The notes beneath the pieces are model-generated. The model was not told where the DNA came from. It saw only the letters and a list, made by a program, of their open reading frames with translations, and did no database searches. From IMG/VR virus record IMGVR_UViG_3300021400_000141, positions 96,001-160,000 of that record: 64,000 bases of DNA; one strand, written 5' to 3'. This document shows positions 38,425 through 47,152 of this stretch, in pieces (within the stretch, counting starts at the first letter, position 1; each line of letters opens with the position of its first letter). This stretch comes from a virus (taxonomy: Duplodnaviria; Heunggongvirae; Uroviricota; Caudoviricetes). The translations under genes and the position numbers were made by a program.

Positions 38425-40089
38425 TTATACGCTGGCTTCTGCCAGTGCTCCAAGCTTGTGCTGTTCGGCCATGGCGTCAGGGGACTTGACGAAGTCGAGA
38501 GCGTCAGCATAACGGTTTCTCATTTCCTCACTCAGCCGCAACATTTCAGTCTCGCTAAGGTTCTCTATTTCCTCAAAGTTACCATAATAGTAGGTAGAGT
38601 TGAGGAAGTAGATAATCCAGTAAAGCGACGTGACATGGTCGTCATGTGTGTTTCCGCCACCGCCCCATGTATTCTGGGTCTTCTTGGTGAACGTCATGAG
38701 TTCCATAATCGTATTGTAGTCATGTAGCTTGATGTAGCCGCGCTGGACATACATTTTCAACAGGATGACCACATTGTTCTTCATCGTCGGGGTAGCCCAC
38801 AATCCACGCGCATGCAAGTCAAAGTTAATTATGTTTGGATACATAGCCACGTTGAAGAAATAGTCGTAAGTGGACTTTCCAGGACCATTGTATTCGATGA
38901 TGAGGTACGGGTTGTGGTAGAATTTCAGGATAATGTTCGCAATACGGCAGAAATCGCTTACTTCGGTACAGTTGGAAGACATCGTGAACACCTGTTCACA
39001 CTTGATGTTCGAGTACACCTTAGTAATCTGCAGAACATGGTAATCCTGACGCATACCGTATGCAGTATCTATGGACGCTGCGTAAGAGTATCCTTTCGCC
39101 TCCATAGCACCAGCAGGCTCTGGATACTTGAATGTCCTTATCGAAATATCCTTTACTATCTCGGCAAGAGCGGGCGGCCATATGCTGTTATCAAACGGAA
39201 GCGGGTCGGAAGCCTTCAACGTTTCCAAGCAACGGTAGTCGATAAGAGTGATGCCAGAACCAACGAACTCGCATTCGTATTCCTGACGGAAACGCTGGTC
39301 ACCAATCTTGAGCTTTTCAGCGTTCGCCCACGCCTCTGTACGTCCAGGTACTTTGTCCCATGTAACAACGGAGCGAACATAAAGGTCGTTGTTTCCCTTC
39401 TCGAACTCGGCTTCCGCCTGGTCCAGTTCCAACGATGTCTGCCACATGTCGTAGAAGTGGTTCATACCGTTTGGTGTCGAGGTAATGATGCAACGGGTTG
39501 TCTTACCCGAAGAAATCGACGGCATAACGGAAGCGATGAACTCGGTAGCGAGGTTCGGCCTAAGGAACGCAAATTCATCCAGATACAACAGGTTGATAGA
39601 GAAACCACGGATGTTGTCAGGTGATGACGAAGACACGATGATACGCGAGTTGTTCGAGAACTGGATGGAAGTCTTGTTCCACAGTTTTACACCAGGTTGC
39701 AACCATACGGGGAGACGGCTGTAAGAATCACGCAGCTGCTGCATCTGTTCCTTCGCCAACGACAGCTTGTTACCAATCATCGCTATCAGCTGGTCTTTAT
39801 GGAAGATGCCCCACCAAAGAATGAAACCACGCACAATGGTTGATTTACCAACCTGACGAGACCACTTGTTGATATTGAACCTGTATTTCAGGAACCGTTT
39901 TATAGCAGCCTCCTGGAAGTCATACAGGTCGAACAACTGCATACCGTTGTCCTTAGTGTTGATATACACGTAGTTGCGGATGAAGTAAATCGGGTCAAGG
40001 GCGCACTTTTTAATCTCCCTCAATTTATCGATGTCAAGCTTCACCGGCTCATTTGCATCACGCAAATTTGGTATTCCGTTAAATGGCAT
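38425..40089 (-). CDS. Terminase large subunit (T4 gp17-like)
   Basis: KCALDPIYFIRNYV, SRQVGKST, LYLDEFAF, ITSTPNGMNHFY, FRQEYECEF and HDDHV motifs. Confidence 0.96.
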   Translation of the reverse strand: MPFNGIPNLRDANEPVKLDIDKLREIKKCALDPIYFIRNYVYINTKDNGMQLFDLYDFQEAAIKRFLKYRFNINKWSRQVGKSTIVRGFILWWGIFHKDQLIAMIGNKLSLAKEQMQQLRDSYSRLPVWLQPGVKLWNKTSIQFSNNSRIIVSSSSPDNIRGFSINLLYLDEFAFLRPNLATEFIASVMPSISSGKTTRCIITSTPNGMNHFYDMWQTSLELDQAEAEFEKGNNDLYVRSVVTWDKVPGRTEAWANAEKLKIGDQRFRQEYECEFVGSGITLIDYRCLETLKASDPLPFDNSIWPPALAEIVKDISIRTFKYPEPAGAMEAKGYSYAASIDTAYGMRQDYHVLQITKVYSNIKCEQVFTMSSNCTEVSDFCRIANIILKFYHNPYLIIEYNGPGKSTYDYFFNVAMYPNIINFDLHARGLWATPTMKNNVVILLKMYVQRGYIKLHDYNTIMELMTFTKKTQNTWGGGGNTHDDHVTSLYWIIYFLNSTYYYGNFEEIENLSETEMLRLSEEMRNRYADALDFVKSPDAMAEQHKLGALAEASV

Positions 40090-40113
40090 GCCTCACTCCT
40101 TATTTGTATCTGT

Positions 40114-41829
40114 TTATAAATCTTCTGGTAAACCTGCTCTCCTATTGGATTCGGCAATTTCATCGGCTGTCATGTCAGCCCTAGTCAATTTACCCTGCTG
40201 CAATTTAACCTGACGACGTTCTGCTGCGTGCTTACGAGATGTTTCGTCAAGGTCAGCATACACGACCTGCGGCATGATTTTTCTATCCTCGTCACTCATT
40301 CGGTAGAACTTGCCGTTCTTGATATTCAGAATATACCCTAGACGCATAAGGTGTTTGCCACGAGGATTATTCAAGTTATAGATTCTCGTCAACTCTTCCT
40401 TTCCTACTACCTTGTGCCAAGGCCCCGTTTTTATCACATCAGGTGCATTCGTAATATCATCGGCTGAAGCAGATGAGTTAGATTGTGCGGCAGCACTATT
40501 GTTTGATGGTGTTCCAGAACTATTGCCAGTGCGCTGCTCTTGACCAACTTGTTGTCCATTGGCCATTCCTCGTCTAGCAGCCGCATTGCTTGATGCAGCA
40601 CTGTATGCATCCATTGCGTTAACAGCATCACCGTACACGCCAAACTGAGATTCGCCACGACGGTTAGGGTCCTGTGCCCTTTCTATATACGGCTTCTGGT
40701 CTTCTTTAGTCATGAGGAAGACGGGTGCAGGTAGATATTTCAGGTATTCATCAGAAGGGTCTTTCAACATACGGGTGAGCAGACGTTTACCCTTGTCTGA
40801 TACAGGATTATAATGAAGGTCTAGTCCTGTCTTTTCTGTGAACGCCTTAGAGAATTTTTCCATATCAGTAACTTTACCATCTGGACGGAAGCCCATGGTT
40901 GCATAGTATTTCTCTTTGTCAACGATGTCACCAAATGAGTTGCGGCCTTCTGCCTCCAATTCCTCCACACTCTTGTTCTTGTCAGCGCTATCAACGACTT
41001 CTGTTAGCTTCCGTTTATACGATGGAAGGAAAACCTCTTTGTAATAACCATGGATGTATTCTTTGAGCATCTCGGCTTTTGCCTTATCCTCATCCATATA
41101 AAAGGAATCCTTATTTTGCTCCCAGTATTCTTCAAATTGCTTTTTGAACTCCGCATAGGATTCCTTGTTGATAACCTTCTTTCCATGCTCGTCCATACCA
41201 ATCATGATATAGAAGAACTCAACTGGATGGTTGATTGCCTTGCTTGCATCTATAATATGAAGGTCTTTCGTAAAGCCAAACTTGTCAGCAAAGTCGTCGT
41301 CATTTACCGTTTCCGCAGAAGATGTCTTTTTAGCGTGGCTTGCCGATTTTCCGACAGCCTCTGCTTTATCCATTAGAGTACCGCCATTCTTCAACATGAT
41401 TTCGCTTGTACGGTTTGCTCCCTCAGCCGCATACTTTGCGTTTGGGTTGTTTGCAAGATTCTTGTCAACAAGTGCTGTGGCTTTTTCAAGTATCTCCTTC
41501 TCATTCTCAATACGATTCGATTCAGCGTTCCATTTTATACCAAGGTCTACTAAGTCATAACCAATCCATATTGCACCGAGAATCTGGCCAACGACTGGAA
41601 TTGCGGCGCTCCCTATTATCTTGCCAACCAATTTAGTACCAAAAGACAGTATAAATGGACCTAGAAGGCCTATACCTAAATCTGCAGCATCCTCAGCAGC
41701 GCCCTCGAACTGGGGTTTATAGACAGTCTTGTGCAACGCAATGATAGCCTTTACAGTATCACCGTCCATGCCGTCAATCCCGCTCAACACGGATTCCATC
41801 AAAGCGTATCTATCATTTGTTGAGTACAT
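40114..41829 (-). CDS. Hypothetical protein with shared N-terminal motif and hydrophobic segment (possible ejection protein)
   Basis: LMESVL...DGDTVKAIIALHKTVY...FE followed by a Gly-rich hydrophobic stretch (AAIPVVGQILGAIWIG). Confidence 0.7.
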   Translation of the reverse strand: MYSTNDRYALMESVLSGIDGMDGDTVKAIIALHKTVYKPQFEGAAEDAADLGIGLLGPFILSFGTKLVGKIIGSAAIPVVGQILGAIWIGYDLVDLGIKWNAESNRIENEKEILEKATALVDKNLANNPNAKYAAEGANRTSEIMLKNGGTLMDKAEAVGKSASHAKKTSSAETVNDDDFADKFGFTKDLHIIDASKAINHPVEFFYIMIGMDEHGKKVINKESYAEFKKQFEEYWEQNKDSFYMDEDKAKAEMLKEYIHGYYKEVFLPSYKRKLTEVVDSADKNKSVEELEAEGRNSFGDIVDKEKYYATMGFRPDGKVTDMEKFSKAFTEKTGLDLHYNPVSDKGKRLLTRMLKDPSDEYLKYLPAPVFLMTKEDQKPYIERAQDPNRRGESQFGVYGDAVNAMDAYSAASSNAAARRGMANGQQVGQEQRTGNSSGTPSNNSAAAQSNSSASADDITNAPDVIKTGPWHKVVGKEELTRIYNLNNPRGKHLMRLGYILNIKNGKFYRMSDEDRKIMPQVVYADLDETSRKHAAERRQVKLQQGKLTRADMTADEIAESNRRAGLPEDL

Positions 41830-42919
41830 TTTTCAACATCTCCTTGTTCTTGGGATTGAACAGCATGCCAACAAAATCCTTAACCACATGTGGGTCTACC
41901 TTTCCGATATTCTTCGTAATTATATCGCCAATAACCTTAACCCCAGGTATTCCTAGGCTTTTCGACAAACCATCAAGAATTTCACTTCCTTCCAATCCAG
42001 TTGCAATATCCGATGCGGTTGTGGCAGTCTTGTCAGGAGAGAAGTATTTACCAAAATCTGGCCAAGGTGGTTCGTCATGCTTTTCAAGCATGCCATCATC
42101 TACGTTGTCATATTCTGGTGTATCTGGTGCTGGGGTAGAGTGACAGCGTTGTACAAACGCCACATACTTCTGGTTTCCTTCATCATCCCAACACCAAGGT
42201 GCAGGACATGGCTTTCCAGTAACATCAAAATGGCGAATAACCTCTTGTATGGTAGGATATTTCTTCAACAGGTAAGCAACCAACTGTGCAGTGTTAGCCA
42301 ATGTAGCTTCGCTCAAAGAAAATCGTCTGTCGTACGGAGATACATCTTTAGGGCGTTTACCATTAAAGTTACTACACATTTCGATTGAGATAGTATTCTT
42401 GTTTGTTGCTGTTCTGTACAGTCGAGCTGGGTTTGGTATTTTAGCTGTTTTTATATAGTTGTCAAGTTCTTCTTTAGAATTCACTCCGATAGCATGACAG
42501 TTATAATTATCCAAATCAGGATTAAACTGATAGATTTCACCATCGTCAACGATGAAATCAGATGAGCAGTTGCCACGAAACTTCGTTTTCGTCGCCTCGC
42601 CTGGTGCAGAAGAATTGCCGGCAGTGTAGTGCAAAGCTATGTATTTTATCACCCTGTTCTTTGCAGGCGTCAGATTGATAGGACTAATGTTCCTTTTTAT
42701 ACGAAATTTCCCGTCTTCGGATTCGATTATATTAGGTTCCTTCTTGTCATCCTTCTTGTCCTCTTTCTTATAGTCCTTCTTTTCTTCCTTTTTCTCCTCT
42801 TTCTTTTCCTTTGCCTCATCGGATTCAAACAAGGTACGATACAGGGATATGATGGCATCCTTCCTTATGTCATCCAATCCTTGGTAACTATTTACGGACT
42901 CTACGAAGATATCTTTCAT
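41813..42919 (-). CDS. N-acetylmuramoyl-L-alanine amidase (Amidase_2) with N-terminal motif
   Basis: YIALHYTAG, FIVDDGEIYQ, TISIEMCS and IRHFDVTGKPCP Zn-amidase motifs. Confidence 0.88.
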   Translation of the reverse strand: MKDIFVESVNSYQGLDDIRKDAIISLYRTLFESDEAKEKKEEKKEEKKDYKKEDKKDDKKEPNIIESEDGKFRIKRNISPINLTPAKNRVIKYIALHYTAGNSSAPGEATKTKFRGNCSSDFIVDDGEIYQFNPDLDNYNCHAIGVNSKEELDNYIKTAKIPNPARLYRTATNKNTISIEMCSNFNGKRPKDVSPYDRRFSLSEATLANTAQLVAYLLKKYPTIQEVIRHFDVTGKPCPAPWCWDDEGNQKYVAFVQRCHSTPAPDTPEYDNVDDGMLEKHDEPPWPDFGKYFSPDKTATTASDIATGLEGSEILDGLSKSLGIPGVKVIGDIITKNIGKVDPHVVKDFVGMLFNPKNKEMLKNVLNK

Positions 42920-42941
42920 TGCGGTGCACCATGTATTTCAG

Positions 42942-43017
42942 AAATAGTTTATAATGTGGATGCACGCAAAATGCCGCTTTACCGCTAATTTCGTTGGTTA
43001 AACATTATAAACTATTT
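42942..43017. promoter_or_regulatory. Divergent late promoters forming a perfect 16-bp inverted repeat
   Basis: AAATAGTTTATAATGT (42942-42957) and ACATTATAAACTATTT (43002-43017). Confidence 0.7.
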
Positions 43018-43048
43018 GCATAACAATGTTGGCAATTGCCATATAGGT

Positions 43049-43816
43049 ATGATTATGGATATGTTTGATATTCCGACAGAGAAAGAACTTCTTGGCCAAG
43101 TGAAGGCTCACTTGGAGACTAAGAAGCCCGTTAAATCGCTCGACGTGAACGAAGTGTTCCCGTTCTGGAACGCCGCTTCCGTTTCCGCAGCAGAAACCGA
43201 TTCCATGCGTAAGCCGTCCAAGAAGGGTCTGGTGATGCCGAACGACAAGGTTGGTTCCATCCAGCCTATCAAGACCATCAAGGAATGGAAGGCAGAACGC
43301 ATCAAGGGTCACAAGGAAACCACGAGCGAAGCCCAGAAGGAACCCGAAGTAAAGAAGACTGCACAGATGGAAGCCGCAAGCGGAACTCCTAAGTTCAAGC
43401 CTGTCGATGCAACCATCGATACGACCTACACCGTCAAGGGCGGTCCAGTCGTTAAGGGCAAGTCTCTTGTTGGTTCAATCAAGCCAATCAAGGCAGGTCA
43501 GTCTATCTCCATTAGCGATATGAAGACTCTTATCGCTGACATCAGGAAGAACAACCGCCTTCCGAACAACGTCGGAATTGTAAAGCCGCAGACGAAGCCT
43601 ACGCTCAAGGTCGGTGGCCGTGACGACTTCGGTGTTGTGACAAGCGACAAGCCGATGAAGAACCCTGAACCGAAGGCATACGCAAAGTATACCGAAAAGG
43701 ACATGGACGGCAAGAAGACGGAAAAGCTTGTTGAACTCGGTAAGCCCGAGTACAAGAAGGAACCTCCGAAAACTTCGAAGGCCGACCTCGTCGGTGTTGT
43801 TAAGGTCAAGAAGTAA
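43049..43816 (+). CDS. Lys-rich hypothetical late protein
   Basis: Repeated VGSI.PIK / VG.VK motifs; start placed downstream of the late box. Confidence 0.7.
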   Translation: MIMDMFDIPTEKELLGQVKAHLETKKPVKSLDVNEVFPFWNAASVSAAETDSMRKPSKKGLVMPNDKVGSIQPIKTIKEWKAERIKGHKETTSEAQKEPEVKKTAQMEAASGTPKFKPVDATIDTTYTVKGGPVVKGKSLVGSIKPIKAGQSISISDMKTLIADIRKNNRLPNNVGIVKPQTKPTLKVGGRDDFGVVTSDKPMKNPEPKAYAKYTEKDMDGKKTEKLVELGKPEYKKEPPKTSKADLVGVVKVKK

Positions 43817-43819
43817 GCT

Positions 43820-44545
43820 ATGACGGAAAAAATGCCTATATACACTCCCCGAACAGTCAGGGAGTTGCATCGTAACCTTGTACGAAACCCGGTGCCTGTG
43901 CACCAGGGTTTCATCAGGTGCCGTATAGGCGACCTCCCCGTATCTTACGACCCCGACTACGACGGGAAACATCACGTAGATGACGTTACAAAGGCACATA
44001 CCGCACCTCCTCCTGAGACGGTCAACGCAAACATTGACAACTTTACTGCACCTGGCCTGACGTTGAACTATGCCAAGGAAAGCCATTACAAGTTCACTGT
44101 TTACATACCGACCACGGAAGACAACGAATACAATGACTCTATTTCGATAATTATGTACTGTGACGACTACTACGAGAACTACTGGGCACTTCACCGCTAC
44201 ATGGAAACCATCCAGAGCGGCCAGACGGACGCATTCCCTATACGAGACCACAACCATAGGGTTTACGGTTTCGACCACAGGTACAGGAACCGTCTGATGT
44301 ACATCCCTCACATCGATTTCCATTTCGGTGATGACAGGGCACAACATCACATGATTGTCCGTTACTACCGCTGCTTCCCGACAAGTATCAGTGCTCTGAC
44401 GGTAACCCCAGGTAGTGCACAGGCGTTGAAGTTCACCATGTCGTTCAATTACCAGATTAAGAGGATTATCCGCCTCCCAGACCCCAACTCGCTTATGTCA
44501 GCCATATGTGTAGTTACTGGTGGAGAAAACAGTAACTCATACTAG
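43820..44545 (+). CDS. Tail tube-fold protein (T4 gp3-like tail terminator)
   Basis: FTAPGLTL, CDDYYENYWALHRYM, YYRCFPTSISAL and FTMSFNY. Confidence 0.6.
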   Translation: MTEKMPIYTPRTVRELHRNLVRNPVPVHQGFIRCRIGDLPVSYDPDYDGKHHVDDVTKAHTAPPPETVNANIDNFTAPGLTLNYAKESHYKFTVYIPTTEDNEYNDSISIIMYCDDYYENYWALHRYMETIQSGQTDAFPIRDHNHRVYGFDHRYRNRLMYIPHIDFHFGDDRAQHHMIVRYYRCFPTSISALTVTPGSAQALKFTMSFNYQIKRIIRLPDPNSLMSAICVVTGGENSNSY

Positions 44546-44553
44546 GAGCATTT

Positions 44554-45600
44554 ATGGCAAGCACACCGTCAACACCATTTAACCAAGTCACACACGTAGT
44601 CCCCGTGATGCACAATACGGAGCGTCCATCGGATAGCTACCTTCAAGACTACTTTACCCGTGCAGAAGGATTTGTCCCTAACAAGTTCCATATAGGGTTC
44701 AGTGGTGAATATGTGGAAAAGGCGTTGACCATAATGCAAATTAACTGTGCTGGCGACAAATACACTCACGCACCAAAGCTGTTCAACGGCTCTGCTTACT
44801 TGATGAAAAAGTTCAGTAATTTCATCGAGGAACATTGGGATAATGAAAAGCGTATCCTTAACATGTTGTGGAACTGCAAGTCTGTCACTCTGCCTAAGCC
44901 GACGCTTGCTTTGGAAACAATAGACTCTCTGGACAGCATGAAGGACTTGACCTTCCAGATGCCAAAGAAAGTTCAACCAGGAGAGCTAACACTTACAGTA
45001 GTGGAGAGTCAGTACCTGATGTGGTTTAACTTCTTCAATGCAATGTTCAACTCGCAGATTTCTCCGCTTGTCCTGCGTCCTAAGTCTGGCTTCCACAAGA
45101 TAGATATATCGGTAGAACTTCTGAATGGTGCTACTGCAAACGACTGGGCAGTTGACCTGAATAAAGCCGTATTGGCATCGAAAGCACCATGGGTTACTTA
45201 TTCCCCAGGAACAAGAACAAACCTGGACGTTATTCAGATGTCTGAATATAATTCAGTCGTACTCACCTCTGCACCGACCATAGACCCAAACAACAGCTCT
45301 ATGGATTTGGCAACATTCAACGTCACCTTCAAGGTTCCGAACACACTCAACGGAACTTTCAAAAAGAGCGACCGTGGCTTGCATGATAACACGACAGTAA
45401 CACAGGCAACTGTAGGCTCAACCGAAACTACACTGGACTACAACCTTAGGTTCTGGGAAAGAGACAGGGGTACAATGGTTGGAACAAAAAACAACTTTGA
45501 ATCCCTTAGCCCAAAGGATGAAGTCGAGTTCAACCAGAGGTTCAAGAAGCGCAGGGGCTTTATTCCGGCCATGCCAGACGAGACGAGCAAAAAGAAATAA
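44554..45600 (+). CDS. Baseplate tail-tube initiator (T4 gp54-like)
   Basis: GFVPNKFHI, CKSVTLP and ATFNVTF tube-fold motifs; structural context. Confidence 0.5.
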   Translation: MASTPSTPFNQVTHVVPVMHNTERPSDSYLQDYFTRAEGFVPNKFHIGFSGEYVEKALTIMQINCAGDKYTHAPKLFNGSAYLMKKFSNFIEEHWDNEKRILNMLWNCKSVTLPKPTLALETIDSLDSMKDLTFQMPKKVQPGELTLTVVESQYLMWFNFFNAMFNSQISPLVLRPKSGFHKIDISVELLNGATANDWAVDLNKAVLASKAPWVTYSPGTRTNLDVIQMSEYNSVVLTSAPTIDPNNSSMDLATFNVTFKVPNTLNGTFKKSDRGLHDNTTVTQATVGSTETTLDYNLRFWERDRGTMVGTKNNFESLSPKDEVEFNQRFKKRRGFIPAMPDETSKKK

Positions 45601-45602
45601 CG

Positions 45603-46661
45603 CTACTTTATAAGCGTAGTTATTTTCTGCTGTAAATTCAATGTCTTGAAGTTTCCGAATAGAGGAAGCAGCTTAGAGTACGCATCGTAAATTCTGAGGT
45701 TATTCTTCGTCATCGGAATATCAGATGTAGGAACATCTATAATGGACATCAACTTCTTGGAATAAAGTTTTCGAACATCGTTTCCGTACTTGCATATACC
45801 CCAATGAGCCAATGTCGGGGTACGTATAATACCGTTGTCAAAATCGTTTGCAAATATGGACGGCAGCTCGCAACGCACAGCAGACATCACACAGCGGTCG
45901 AAAATACCGCTACGGTAGCCTAGGTAATGGTCAACTCGGTTATCCATGAACGTCACATACTCGATTGAACGGTCAGTAAGGAAACGGACGCAATCTTCCT
46001 TGGTTGCGGCGTATACTGGAATCTTGTCCTTTTTCAATATACGCTTGCAGATTTCATTATAGCTAATTCTCGGCTTGTACCACAGGTTGATTCCTTCCGA
46101 TTCAATCTGGTTCAGGTTGAACTCGTACAGGTAACCATTGAGCGTCACATTGCTCGTAGGAATGTCAGCCCACCTTGTATTGCTGACGTTGCGGATTATG
46201 CTGTCAACGAACCATTTCGGAAGATACTGCTTAAACATGGTTATCAGTCTGGTCGGCGAGTTTGACATGTCCTTTAAGATTGCCTGAACATGCTCGTCCA
46301 GATACCCGTCACGGACAGCCTTCCACTCCTCGATGTCGTCGAAACTGAGCTTGTTGAAAGGGAGCGTTATCAACCCGTTATGGCTGTTCTTGAACTTCAG
46401 TTTTTCGTACGGTATATACAGGTAGTCACAGCCATGGAATTCATCAAATTCAAGGTCAGGGAGGATTACGCTAAGTCGCTTTGCATCGTCATACGAGATG
46501 AAGTCATTGTACTTGTCGAGAGGTTCACCAAGGGTTCCCGTGTTGTAGAACACCACTTCGTTCTCTACGTTCTGTGCCTGGTTGTGGGCTTCTATAACGG
46601 AGTCCAGTGTATAACCGACAACTATCCTTTTTATGCTATGTTCTTTAATGTCCGTCATCAT
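45603..46661 (-). CDS. Degenerate UDP-galactopyranose mutase (Glf) homologue
   Basis: Colinear with Glf: IVVG..L, TLPFNKLSF, YKPRISYNEICKRIL, VDHYLGYRSG and PMTKNNLRIYDAYSKL; lacks GxGxxG, HxYGxH and GRLxxY. Confidence 0.65.
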   Translation of the reverse strand: MMTDIKEHSIKRIVVGYTLDSVIEAHNQAQNVENEVVFYNTGTLGEPLDKYNDFISYDDAKRLSVILPDLEFDEFHGCDYLYIPYEKLKFKNSHNGLITLPFNKLSFDDIEEWKAVRDGYLDEHVQAILKDMSNSPTRLITMFKQYLPKWFVDSIIRNVSNTRWADIPTSNVTLNGYLYEFNLNQIESEGINLWYKPRISYNEICKRILKKDKIPVYAATKEDCVRFLTDRSIEYVTFMDNRVDHYLGYRSGIFDRCVMSAVRCELPSIFANDFDNGIIRTPTLAHWGICKYGNDVRKLYSKKLMSIIDVPTSDIPMTKNNLRIYDAYSKLLPLFGNFKTLNLQQKITTLIK

Positions 46662-47110
46662 TGCTCCTTCATCGTAGACAAGACTTTCTTCATGCCCATA
46701 TTCTTCTGTATGTACGGGTAAATGTGTTTGTCCAGCCAGTTGCTGTCTGGAAGGCCAGTGAATATGTCAAAAATCTTACCGTCAGGCTCGCAGAATATGT
46801 GCATCGGTTTCAGGGTTAGACCAAGCGAAGTGTATATCTTGCACTTTTCAGGCTCTGGTTCGACCACAATCTTGACCATATTGTTCGAACTGTCCAGCAA
46901 CCCCTTCTTGTAGAACCAGTCGTGAATGTCCGCCAACGATGACCTGCACTTGGGACAATCGTTAGACCCGTCATAGAAGATAAACATCCACATCAGAGTG
47001 TTTCTGTCGGCAAACTCGGAAAAGCATTCGTTACCAAAGTCTACCAGACGCTGGGACAATGGCTTATACAGGCCGACATCGAACTTTCCATCACAACAAA
47101 GCTTACCCAT
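46658..47110 (-). CDS. Thioredoxin-like protein
   Basis: MFIFY...CPKC and cis-Pro region LKPMHIF...DGKI. Confidence 0.7.
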   Translation of the reverse strand: MGKLCCDGKFDVGLYKPLSQRLVDFGNECFSEFADRNTLMWMFIFYDGSNDCPKCRSSLADIHDWFYKKGLLDSSNNMVKIVVEPEPEKCKIYTSLGLTLKPMHIFCEPDGKIFDIFTGLPDSNWLDKHIYPYIQKNMGMKKVLSTMKEQ

Positions 47111-47138
47111 AGGTGCATACAGCTACTTTACAATGGAT

Positions 47139-47152
47139 AAAATACATTTTTT
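47139..47152 (-). promoter_or_regulatory. AAAAAATGTATTTT motif (second promoter class)
   Basis: 28 nt upstream of 47110. Confidence 0.55.

Noticed and set aside
2913-40089. Group I introns or complete inteins in thyA, nrdD or terminase
   Set aside because: All are uninterrupted frames; no homing endonuclease or full splice-junction motifs.
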